Positions 26,916 through 37,864 of a DNA stretch of 64,000 bases are shown here, piece after piece (positions within the stretch are counted from its first letter, which is position 1; every line of letters begins with the position of its first letter). The position numbers and the translations under genes were made by a program. The notes beneath the pieces are model-generated. The model ran no database searches. It worked only from the letters and a program-made list of their open reading frames with translations, and was not told the DNA's origin. The stretch is from Macrostomum lignano (taxonomy: Eukaryota). The stretch covers positions 392,520 through 456,519 of the forward strand of contig NIVC01000112.1 of assembly GCA_002269645.1 (NCBI GenBank). The letters are read 5' to 3'.

Positions 26916-27597
26916 AAAAAAATTCTAACCCTGATACCCGCTACCTTATTAAGGTGCGCGCCTCGCTCCAGCATCTTAAAATTGAATTGCAAAATCAGGC
27001 AACGCCAGACAACACCAAATCCGTGGTTTAATCATTAATTTAACTGTACCAGCACAGCACCGCCTCGAGCCGAGTAGACAGGGCAACACAAAAGTTGCTT
27101 TTCTTTCTGTCGACCATGAAAAAAGAAGAATTTCCAAGTTGATTTATGACCAACCCCTTCAGTACCGCAGCTTGTTGACTGTCGGAGAGCAGGGCTTTGA
27201 GCATTTTTTAACTCTGTTCTCTGTCTGCTTTGGTCAGTTTTTTTCTCGCTTGGCCCCAGCATTTGCAAGCCAGTTAACAACTAATTCCATTCTGTCATAT
27301 ATCAGCCGGGCCCGAGAGGCAACACAAAGCGGGGGTTTCAGTTTTTGACAGCAGCAGTCGCCCCCCCCCCGCTGCCGCCGCGCGAGTCCCTCTGTCTGCT
27401 CGATAAGGCAAATGGGGGCAGGGGGTTGGACTAGAAGATGAAAGAGACCGCCGGAGCACCGCCGCCCCAGGGACAGAAGTCGCTTGTTCTCTCCTCTGGT
27501 CTGCTGCTTCACTAAAAAAAACGAACGAACGAATCAGATTGCAGTCAGGAGAGTTACTGTGGTTGGCTGGCCGGGGTCTTGCTGAGGATACATTTAA

Positions 27598-28919
27598 ATG
27601 CCCAACCAAAAGCAGCACATTCAGCCTGCCATGCAGCAGTTGTATTTGCATAACTCCATCGCCCCACTTCCACAGACCTCAGCCGGGATGATCGCCAATG
27701 CCAATCAGCAGTGCCAGAAGAGGCCGGTGCCGCAGCCGCAGTCTCCAGCCGGCTCTGATGGTGTCGTCCACCAGGCAGCAACAAGGATCAGCAGTTGCGT
27801 GCCGCCCAAGAAGCGGCCTCGACTGCCGGAGTCACCGGAGTGCAGCGAATCCTTCGCTGTCGCCTCGCCGCCGCTGGACCTGACAGCGAAGCCTTTGCCG
27901 ACGCCCAGCCTGACGCCGGACCTGTCGCCGCTGCTGGCAGCTCACCAGCATTCTCAGTTGATGCTGCAGCTCAACCCATCGTCTTCAGTTGCTGGCCCGT
28001 CCGCCGACAGTCAATGGCAGGCAGCAGCCGCAGCTGCAGCGATGTACGCCCAGTGCCTGACGTCCTACCTCAGCTCCATCATGCCGCCGCCGCCTCCGCC
28101 GCGTCTGCTGCCGCCTGCGCCGCCGCCGCTGCCGACGCCTGTAGCCGAGGCTGCCCGGCCGAGCAGCGGCGAGACGGACTTCCGCTGCTCCTGCGGCCGC
28201 CGCTTCGCTAACCTTGTCGGCCTGACGGTGCACATGCGGGCCGCGGGGCACGGCGACTTCTCCGCCTCGACGGACGCCTTGGCGGCTTCCGCTGCTGTTG
28301 TCGAGCCGCCGCCGCGGCCGCCGAAGACAACGAGTCCGCCGGCCCGCGAGCAGCCCAAGCTGGTCCGCGGCCAGGACATGTGGATCAACTCGGAGACAGA
28401 GCAGACCAGGGAGATCCTGCGCTGCATCCGCTGCCGGCAAAGCTTCCGCACCCTGCCGGAGCTCACCATGCACATGGTGCGCAGCCGGCACTACGCCGAG
28501 ATCATCAGCAGCGCCGCTGATCCAGCGGCCGCGGCCTCTGGAACAGCAGCGGCGCTGAACCCTGCCGCACCGCCCCCAGCCCCAGCCTCTTTATCAAAGC
28601 CGCAGCCCGGGGACTCCCCCAAACAGCCGGCCTATCTCTGCCCGGACCTCCTGGCTCCGTCGGGCCCGACAACGCCGGCCGGTCTCGGCAACGGTGACTC
28701 CAATCCGCTGTACTGCCTGCAGCGGCTTGTCGACAAAACTGCCGGCTTCTCAGAAGCTCCGGCATCGTCGACAGCAGCGGCAGTTGCGGCATCGCCATCG
28801 GCGGCGTCCACTTCGTCGACCTCGGAGGCGGCATCCGTGATGGCGATCGCTAGCGAAGATCCGGCGGCAGTGTTCGACGAGCCGGCAGCAGCCCAGGCGT
28901 CTCCGTCGCCGCCGACGCC

Positions 28920-28950
<31 letters not shown>

Positions 28951-29217
28951 TCCCAGACGAAAAAGAAGATTCGCTGCCAGTTCTGCAGCAGACCGTTCGC
29001 CAATAAAGGCCAGGTGAGGCTGCACGTGAGCAAAGGCAAGTGCCCTGGTGGAGGCGGCGGCAGCGGCAGAGGTGGCCGGGGATCTGCGGCGTTGCAGCAG
29101 CAGCAGCAGCAGCAGCAACAGCAACAGCAGCCTCCAAGCAGCCTGGCTTTCTTCGAGTATTTCTTCGGTGCAGGAGCAGCAGCTGCGGCAGCCGGTACCA
29201 AGCCGATCTGGTGGTGA
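27598..29217 (+). CDS. tsh: Teashirt/Tiptop-family C2H2 zinc-finger transcription factor, 539 aa, single coding exon
   Basis: KLVRGQDMWINSETEQTREILRCIRCRQSFRTLPELTMHMVRSRHYAEII matches the tsh/tio signature 'KLVRGQDVWLGKG.EQTRQILKCMWC.QSF'. Also a PLDLT CtBP-type motif (27871-27885), NPLYCLQRLV, and a C-terminal finger CQFCSRPFANKGQVRLH. An in-frame TAA lies directly before the ATG. Confidence 0.9.
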
Positions 29218-29749
29218 GGGTGACTAATTAACCTGCTATCTGACTCTCCCGCTCTCCAATGTCATATTGCAGCCAACTTAACAGTTGATCTGGTTATTCA
29301 ACACGATATAAAGTCAAAGTTTAAATTATCGCCAAGATAAATAAGAGAAACAAAACGTCGTGAAATTCAATTTAAATTCGCGCCAAAATTGTCCCCACTC
29401 GATAGTTTTTATCTCTATATAGCTGATTGGTTTATTTCACCTTTGCCTTAATCAAAACAGAGCTGCTAAATAATTGCCAAGCAAATTAGTAAATTGTTTG
29501 CCTAATTATTTGCTACTTTTCTCTCTAATCGCTAATTACTGTCATAAGCTATTCTGCATCTAAAAATTTGTACCTACGCTGAATCGGGAGCCGCCGTCTT
29601 TAACTCCGTATTCATTTCTGGATGCCACAAAATTTGCGCTTTTTTATCCAAATAAATTTTTGCAGCCTTTGCGGCACTGTTGTTAATAGTTGCGATTGCT
29701 AATTAATTAATAGACATGTTTCTTCTTCTCATTGGCACATTGCTGCCAC

Positions 29750-30550
29750 AGCGATGGCGCCAACTCCAATCACTAGATGTACAATGGCGCCAATTCCAAT
29801 CACTAGATGTACAATGGCGCCAACTCCAATCACTAGATGTACATTGGCGCCAGCTCGAATCACTAGATGCACATTGGCGTCAATTCCAATCACTATATGT
29901 ACATTGCAAATCAACTCCAATCACTAGATGCACATTGCAGGACCACTTCCAATCACTAGATGTACATTGCAAATCAAATCCAATCGCTACCACATTGCAA
30001 ATCAAATCCAATCGCTAGATGTACATTGCAAATCAAATCCAATCGCTAGATGTACATTGCAAATCAACTCCAATCGCTAGATGTACATTGCAAATCAAAT
30101 CCAATCGCTAGATGTACATTGCAAATCAACTCCAATCGCTAGATGTACATTGCAGGACCACTTCCAATCACTAGATGTACATTGCAAATCAAATCCAATC
30201 GCTAGATGTACATTGCAAATCAAATCCAATCGCTAGATGTACATTGCAAATCAACTCCAATCGCTAGATGTACATTGCAAATCAAATCCAATCGCTAGAT
30301 GTACATTGCAAATCAACTCCAATCACTAGATGTACATTGCAAATCAAATCCAATCGCTAGATTTACATTGCAAATCAACTCCAATCACTAGATGTACATT
30401 GCAAATCAACTCCAATCTCTAGATGTACATTGCAAATCAAATCCAATCGCTAGATGTACATTGAAAATCAAATCCAATCGCTAGATGTACATTGAAAATC
30501 AAATCCAATCGCTAGATGTACATTGCAAATCAACTCCAATCACTAGATGC
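29750..30550. repeat. 30-bp minisatellite (caaatcaaatccaatcgctagatgtacattg)n
   Basis: Tandem units downstream of tsh. Confidence 0.93.
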
Positions 30551-30712
30551 ACACTGGCGCCAACTCCATCCAACTTGGATGCACATTGGCGCTAACTATG
30601 CAAATGAACTGCAATATCAGCTCCATGCCGTCAAGCCCAGGTAAAGGTAATCGCAGATGCGAGCACAGTTGTTGCCGCCAACCCCGTAGCCCCCTTAATA
30701 CCATCCAAATTT

Positions 30713-30880
30713 CCTTTGATTTATGCCGCTCTATCGGGTCAGGGAGGTTTTTTATTAGCATCCGGGCCTGTCAAAGCGGAGACGGCTCTGCAGCACTGCG
30801 GAACGGCGGGCCAATTATTCAAATAGACCGCGTGTGTGTTGCAGCTTTTTGTACCTGGGCGGCTGTCGGGGCATAAATCA
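30713..30880. promoter_or_regulatory. Candidate tsh enhancer: overlapping TCF site CCTTTGAT (30713-30720) and Pbx-Hox site TGATTTATG (30717-30725), plus an inverted Pbx-Hox site (30872-30880)
   Basis: Exact motif matches in a unique island between satellites. Function is inferred. Confidence 0.4.
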
Positions 30881-31039
30881 GTCAGCCGCTTTGGCGCAGT
30901 TTTCATGGACTGCCGGTATTCAGCTATCTGGATTGGAAGTCCACTGGGCCTTCGGTATTTGACTGAGCATGGAAAATAAAATCAATTCTCTGCACTCCAT
31001 TTTTACTTTCCAACTGCCAGTAAAAATCGAGAAAAATGA

Positions 31040-32040
31040 GCATTTATCTAGCTAGCATCTATCTATAGCTAACATCTATCTATCTAGCATCTATCTAGCT
31101 AGCATCTATCTGGCTAGCATCTATCTATTTAGCATCTATCTAATAGCTAACATCTATCTAGCTAGCATCTTTCTAGCTAGCATCTTTCTAGCTAGCATCT
31201 ATCTGGCTAGCATCTATCTAGCTAGCATCTATCTAGCTAGCATTTATCTGGCTAGCATCTATCTAGCTAGCATCTATCTGGCTAGCATCTATCTGGCTAG
31301 CATCTATCTAGCTAGCATCTATCTAGCTAGCATTTATCTGGCTAGCATCTATCTAGCTAGCATCTATCTGGCTAGCATCTATCTGGCTAGCATCTATCTA
31401 GCTAGCATTTATCTGGCTAGCATCTATCTAGCTAGCATCTATCTAGCTAGCATTTATCTGGCTAGCATCTATCTAGCTAGCATCTATCTGGCTAGCATCT
31501 ATCTGGCTAGCATCTATCTAGCTAGCATCTATCTAGCTAGCATTTATCTGGCTAGCATCTATCTAGCTAGCATTTATCTAGCTAGCATCTATCTGGCTAG
31601 CATCTATCTAGCTAGCATTTATCTGGCTAGCATCTATCTAGCTAGCATCTATCTGGCTAGCATCTATCTGGCTAGCATTTATCTGGCTAGCATCTATCTA
31701 GCTAGCATTTATCTGGCTAGCATCTATCTAGCTAGCATTTATCTAGCTAGCATTTATCTGGCTAGCATCTATCTAGCTAGCATTTATCTGGCTAGCATCT
31801 ATCTAGCTAGCATTTATCTGGCTAGCATCTATCTGGCTAGCATTTATCTGGCTAGCATCTATCTAGCTAGCATTTATCTGGCTAGCATCTATCTAGCTAG
31901 CATCTATCTGGCTAGCATCCATCCAGCTAGCATCTATCTAGCTAGCATTTATCAAGCTAGCATCTATCTATTTATAGCATCTATCTATCTAGCTCGAATC
32001 TCTCTATAGCTAGCATCTATCTACGAGTATAGCTAGCATC
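31040..32040 (+). repeat. (atctatctagctagc)n satellite, forward array
   Basis: 15-16-bp units. Confidence 0.95.
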
Positions 32041-32579
32041 CAGCATTTATTTCTGTGGCTAGATAGATAAATCGACTTGGTCCCTTTTTACCGTCATCTG
32101 CATAGGGCGGTTGCCACTCAAAGCAGCCATAGTTAAACTATAAAATTCTGCCAACCCCGCCCCTGCCCCTGTAAAGTCACTGCCGGCTCTGCCTGCAAAG
32201 CAACGCAGCAATTGATTTACAACCTTGTCTGCTTTTGGGTTTGGGTTTCAAGCTATCCTTCTTTTCTAGACGGCCACGTGCTTAAGCGAACCCAGGGCTA
32301 ACACGGAAAACTGGGTGTTTCCCAGACAAAAGCACAGCAAAGCTTAGTGTTTTGCATATAGAAAGAGTGCTGAATTAACAGCCATAGTCTATGGCCAGCA
32401 CTGCCCTGCTGACCTACGCAGAGAAGCAGTTTTATAATGCCTAGATTTCTCGGGCAAACATTTTGTCTATGGTTGAACTTTAGCTGGAACAGTAAATAGA
32501 AATCCAGACACATCATTTCACTTCAGCTCTCTAATGTAGCAGCCTAGTATTGGTTCGACTGGTCATGGTCTTATATGCT

Positions 32580-33095
32580 AGCTAGAGAGATGCTAGCTAG
32601 ATAGATGCAAGCTAGATAGATGCTAGCTAGATAGATGCAAGCTAGATTGATGCTAGCTAGATAGAAGCAAGCCAGATAGATGCTAGCTAGAGAGATGCTA
32701 GATAGATAGATGCTAGCTAGATAGATGCTAGCTAGATACGAGTAGATGCTAGCTAGAGAGATACTAGCTAGATAGATGATAGCTAGATAAATGCTAGCTT
32801 GCTAGCTAGATAGATGCTAGCTAGAGAGATGCTAGCTAGATAGATGCTAGCTAGAGAGATGCTAGCTAGATAGATGCAAGCTAGATAGATGCTAGATAGA
32901 GAGATGCTAGCTAGATAGATGCTAGCTAGAGAGATGCTAGCTAGATAGATGCAAGCTAGATAGATGCTAGATAGAGAGATGCTAGTTAGATAGATACTAG
33001 ATAGAGAGATGCTAGTTAGATAGATACTAGCTAGATAGATACTAGCTAGATAGATACTAGCTAGATAAATGCTAGCTAGATAGATAGATAGATAA
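32580..33095 (-). repeat. Same satellite in inverted orientation (gctagctagatagat)n
   Basis: Reverse complement of the 31040-32040 unit. Confidence 0.93.
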
Positions 33096-33599
33096 AAGCA
33101 GACTAGGCATTCCGTGGCATTCTCGTTCAAAAGGCTTTCTCGTCCCACAATGACCCGTCCCGTAGTCCCTCTACCAGTGGTGCAACAAATCATATTTTAT
33201 TGCCTTCAGTTGTCGTGCCAAGGCCTGGCCAATAGTCACGCAGGCATTGGGGTTGAGAACATGATTGCCCTGTCCACGTGACCCGCTGCAGCAACATCGG
33301 AGGACTGAAAAATTATGACTATGAAAATTAATTTTGTCCTGGATCTAATGCATGATTTTTCTGTGAGTAACTTTAAGCTTATAATGTAAGGGAACACGTG
33401 CAGATGGAAGTGAGACATGGAGCTCAGAATCAGGTAGAAATAGAGAGGAGACTGGAAGATGATGGAGGGGAGAAAAACCAGTATGGGAGAAAAGAGAGGT
33501 TTGAGGAGAGATACGGGAACAAAAGAGGGAGATGAGAATGCAATTAGCTGGGGTAGAGAAAAAGGAAGTAAAGTAGAAGAAAGAGTAGAAGTGATATGA

Positions 33600-33800
33600 G
33601 AGAGGCCTAGGAGAGAGGAAAGGAGAGAGGGAGAGAGAGGAAAGAGAGGAGAGGGGAAGGAGGGGAGAGAGAGGATAGAGGGGAAAGAGAGGAGAGGGGA
33701 AGGAGGGGAGAGAGGGGAAAGAGGGGAAAGAGAGGAGAGGGGAAGGAGGGGAGAGAGGGGAAGAGGGGGAGAGAGAGGAGGGAGTGGAGAAAGTAGAGAG
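33600..33800. repeat. Polypurine (GA-rich) low-complexity tract
   Basis: Read directly. Confidence 0.85.
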
Positions 33801-35102
33801 TAGAAATGAGCAAATCGCCTCTGAACGCCGGAGAGAAAACCCCTACAACTCTCACCCTCACTCACAAAGTAGGCAGCCTGTTGGAGTGCATCACCACAGC
33901 GTCACGTGCAAAAAAGTATTGCCCTATGTAACTAAATTTGCACTTACAAGCAAGCAAAATTGGTTCGAGACCTAAATTTAGAAAGTCGGCCCACAAGCGC
34001 CACATGATGATGATGCCTAATACAAGAGGTCAAGACACAACGCGCAGAAGCAGAAGAAGTTAATGCCATGCATTATGCGCAACACGTGACGATCCGCGCA
34101 AATTGCTGCTGGTTGCGCGAAGCGCCATTTTCTGTATTTGGCATTCGGTTCCAGCCGCCAGGGAGATGGAGAGCTGACCCCATCCCCTCTGGACCCCGCG
34201 CGCTCAACTCCCCACCGCTTGATTTACGATTCCGGCGCCAAAACTATTCGCGCTGGTCAGAAGCTGCTACAACTATTGACTCCCCGATCCCACCATCCCG
34301 AACGGCAGTGCCCCAGCGACAGGCCATCATAAATCAATCGAGCCGCTCTGCAGAAAATTACAACACGAACAAACGTCTTCTATACTTGATAGCGGCCGCG
34401 GCCTGGCAGAGATCACATGAATAATGATCGTGATCCTCGCAGGAATTCCTTTTCAATTTCTGTCGGCAAGACAAAAGGCTCATTAATCAATTGGTGCCGA
34501 TATGGAGTCTGTCCATTTTTTGCCTACGGTCCTGCTGAGACTTTGGAGATGAAGTACGTGTATATCCTTTTGATCCCCAGCCAACTATAATTAGCGTATT
34601 TTGCATTCGTGCTACAAGAAGGTATATTTGATTTCTATTTGATGCAGCGGTGTCACCATGGATTTTAATGGTTGGGAAGACGTACAAAACCGCGAATCCC
34701 AAACGAAAATTCCTAGATTTTTTGGAAATCGGTGTTCCAAATACTGATTGGCACCGCAGAAACTCATTATTTTGGCGCCCTAAAACAACGTTCTTTATTT
34801 CCATTACGGGTCACAAGATTTGGCGGTCCCTGCAGTCCCCACTTCGGCCCGGATGGCGAAGCTGCGCCTGCTTAAGCCGAATTCAAATCATAAGACCTGG
34901 CCAATTCAATCCTTTAAACTGCTGATCTACAGTGGCACTTACATATACATATAGTATATCCTGTAATCCTGTAAATATATATACATACATTAATAAAAAT
35001 AACGTGAAATAATGTAAATATACATAAATCTTGTAAATGCAGGTTGGGATCGAAATCCACAGGTTAGATCCAAATCCATAAACCAACAATCCTACTCCTT
35101 TA

Positions 35103-35281
35103 CAGTAGCGGATCCAGAAAATTTTGAACGGGGGGGCACAGACTACTAAGGTACATATATATGCATATCATGTACACGTATGTGTTCATGATAAATGTGT
35201 ATTTTCTATATAAAAAGTCAAAAAAATCAAACTCAACGGGGGGGCGCGCGCCCTGTGCGCCCCCCTCTAAATCCGCTACTG
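35103..35281. mobile_element. hAT-like MITE, TIR CAGTAGCGGAT, 8-bp TSD CTCCTTTA
   Basis: TSD at 35095-35102 and 35282-35289; CAG...CTG termini. Confidence 0.88.
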
Positions 35282-36131
35282 CTCCTTTATCTGTCTATAT
35301 TGAATTCCTGTATAAAAGGACCACTGTATAATAGCTGTGTGTACGCTCGTATACAGTGGTCCTTGTTCCAGTATAGTCAATCTAGACGTAAAATTATAAA
35401 CTGTCAATCCAAATCTTTATAATATTAATAAAATAATTGGGGAAGTCTGGCCGAAAAGCAATCAAGAAACTAAGGGCATTTACGGATCCATTATATTTGT
35501 AAACAAAAGGTATAACAAAAGTTTTTTTAGGAAAATACATGTATCCGCTTATAAAACATTGTTTTGTGTATTTTGCTATGAAAACAGACATTAAACGTGG
35601 ACTTAAAAAATACAGCATACAAACGATCTTGTACAAGAAAATTTGATGTAAAGAAAAAAACAATAATTTTTACTGATATTTGATTCTTCTACATCTGTTA
35701 TCTGTCTCACCTCACGAAAAATATCGACTTAAAACCATTGACATCCGATTAAATATTCCGCAAGAGATTGCCAAGTGCGTTAGTATTACTCTTCGCTATT
35801 TAGTTCTTTTTTACAAAAATTATTTCAATTTTATGGTTTATGTTTTAACTGTCCTAGGACCTACTCACCTAGGCCTATGATCTATCTGGTTTAGTGTAGG
35901 CTAAATAATGGTTCTCCTTGATAGGCCTCAAAATTGACTCTAAAATGTGTATTCGGCGTTCGAATGTTAACTAGACTAGGCCTTAGACGTCTTTCTAATT
36001 CATGGAATGCAATTTGCCATTATTTTTTAAGTTGAAGGTCTTTAATTTGCAGAACATATTTCTTTTTTATTCAATTATTGACATGACAAATGCTAAGCTG
36101 AGGTGTCTTGACATCTTTAGATAAATTGAGC

Positions 36132-36290
36132 CTAGACCACACTCAGGATCATGTAGAGTATGCCCAAACATTTGGATATGTATTGGCCTTGCATGCCTAA
36201 ATTTAGGCGCACATAGTTGGTTGCATGATTCTTAAGAAAATTATGTGCCTGCATAGTATGCATACCTGGCATGCACTTCATAGAATCTTG
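36132..36290 (-). repeat. Diverged inverted copy of the repeat at ~10150-10322 (dispersed TE fragment)
   Basis: The reverse complement aligns by eye (gattctat.aagtgca.gccagg...gcaaggccaat...ctacatgatc..gagtgtgg). Confidence 0.65.
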
Positions 36291-36527
36291 TGGAAGAGTT
36301 AGGCCTAGTATTAAGTGGAAAAAAGATATAACTCTTAAATTTTTGTTTGGCATGCACCAAGTATAATCCCAACTATGGAGCCTAGACTAAGTAAAGTAAA
36401 GAGTTTTAAATTGAAGTAGAAATCTGAAATTGAATTAATTATGCAGGAAAGTGCCATAGTATTGAGGTAGGGATGGAGAAGATTTTTCTTAGAATGGGTT
36501 AATTTAAAATTAGTTGATAATACCAGT

Positions 36528-37200
36528 TAGAGCTGTCAAAATTAGAGATTTTATTTGAGACGAGATTCGAGACAAGAAAGGCTTATAAGTCGAGAATTTC
36601 AAGACGAGACAAGATGAAGTAAATCTAAAAAAATATATTTCAGAATTGCATCTTGTCTTAAATTTCTTGATAAGATACAATTCTAAAATATATTTTTTAG
36701 ATTTTCCAGAATACTTTTTTAATTCTAGTTTTAATTCTTTGCTATTTATTCATAAGCATTTATGCTTGTAGCATATAGGCCCTTGACCCTACTATGTCTA
36801 TTACTAATTCGTCAAAAGACCTATGTAGATTGTCTAACTGTCTTCGAGTCTGCTATGATACACCTTGCTGCAGAACTGAAATGATAACTAAAAGAGCGCA
36901 TATGCAATGCAAGCTTGTATATAATGATGTTCGTTAAATAACCAAAACTGCTCGACATTGGCTAGATTTTACCATTTGAAAATTGCCCTATCAAGCGTGT
37001 TACAACAAACAGTTATATTTATATGAAAATTTGCTCCCCTTTTTATATTTTATCACTTAAAAGCTTTTGAAAAAAGATATCAGAAAAATTCTTGAATCTC
37101 GTCTTGAATTTCTTGACAAAATTTGAGATTTCTCGAGATGAGAAAAAATGTCGAGATCTTGTCTCAAATCTTGTCTCATCAAGATCTTGTGACAGCTCTA
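36528..37200. mobile_element. Non-autonomous hAT element, TIR TAGAGCTGTCA, 8-bp TSD ATACCAGT
   Basis: TSD at 36520-36527 and 37201-37208; subterminal gagac/gtctc repeats. Confidence 0.9.
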
Positions 37201-37240
37201 ATACCAGTCAAGTAGGGCAGATTCCACATTTGAATTGCTA

Positions 37241-37864
37241 GGTTTCAACCCACTTTGGTGAAAGAATTTTCGGCAAAAGTCGATAGTGAATTGTGATTCA
37301 CTTTTGAGAAGATCTTTGAGCTTCTCAAAATCTTGATGGTGAAAAACACTTTTGCAATGACCATTTCATCTAAAAGCTGACCATTTCGGCAAAAGATTTG
37401 TTTCAAGGTTGGGTGAAGAGTTTTTATTGTTTTATGCTCGTAGAAGAAAGTTAAGAAGAAATGAACTTTATAAAGACTAATTTTATTGTGACATGTTTTT
37501 TTGTTCTGTTGCAGTTTAATTCAGTTGTTTTATCGGATGTAGTTCCGTTACGGCGGGATTTATACAAGTTATACACACCGTCATAATCCCTAATCTCTCG
37601 ATTGCATATTGATAGATCCCGCATGTACATAATATAGCTACTGGCTAAGTCATGATTTTTTTTTATTTTCTAACTGCAAATAAATTGCAGCAATGAATAA
37701 TTTATTAAAAGCTTCAATAACTAATATATATATTTGCAATTACTGATACATATAGGCCTACATACTACTTTCTTTCACCAAAATGTATACTGATTTAAAC
37801 TAAAAATTCATTTTTGCCGAAATGTCTTTCACCGAAAATTCCTTCGCCAAAATGGGCTGCACCC
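37241..37864. mobile_element. Non-autonomous MULE-like element, ~40-bp imperfect TIRs, 9-bp TSD (g/a)aattgcta
   Basis: Left ggtttcaacccactttggtgaaagaattttcgg versus the reverse complement of the right end gggtgcagcccattttggcgaaggaattttcgg. TSD at 37232-37240 and 37865-37873, one mismatch. Confidence 0.75.

Noticed and set aside
24694-27038. 680-763 aa ORFs in several frames
   Set aside because: Translation of a 21-bp stop-free satellite; open in multiple frames and strands with no splice or domain support.
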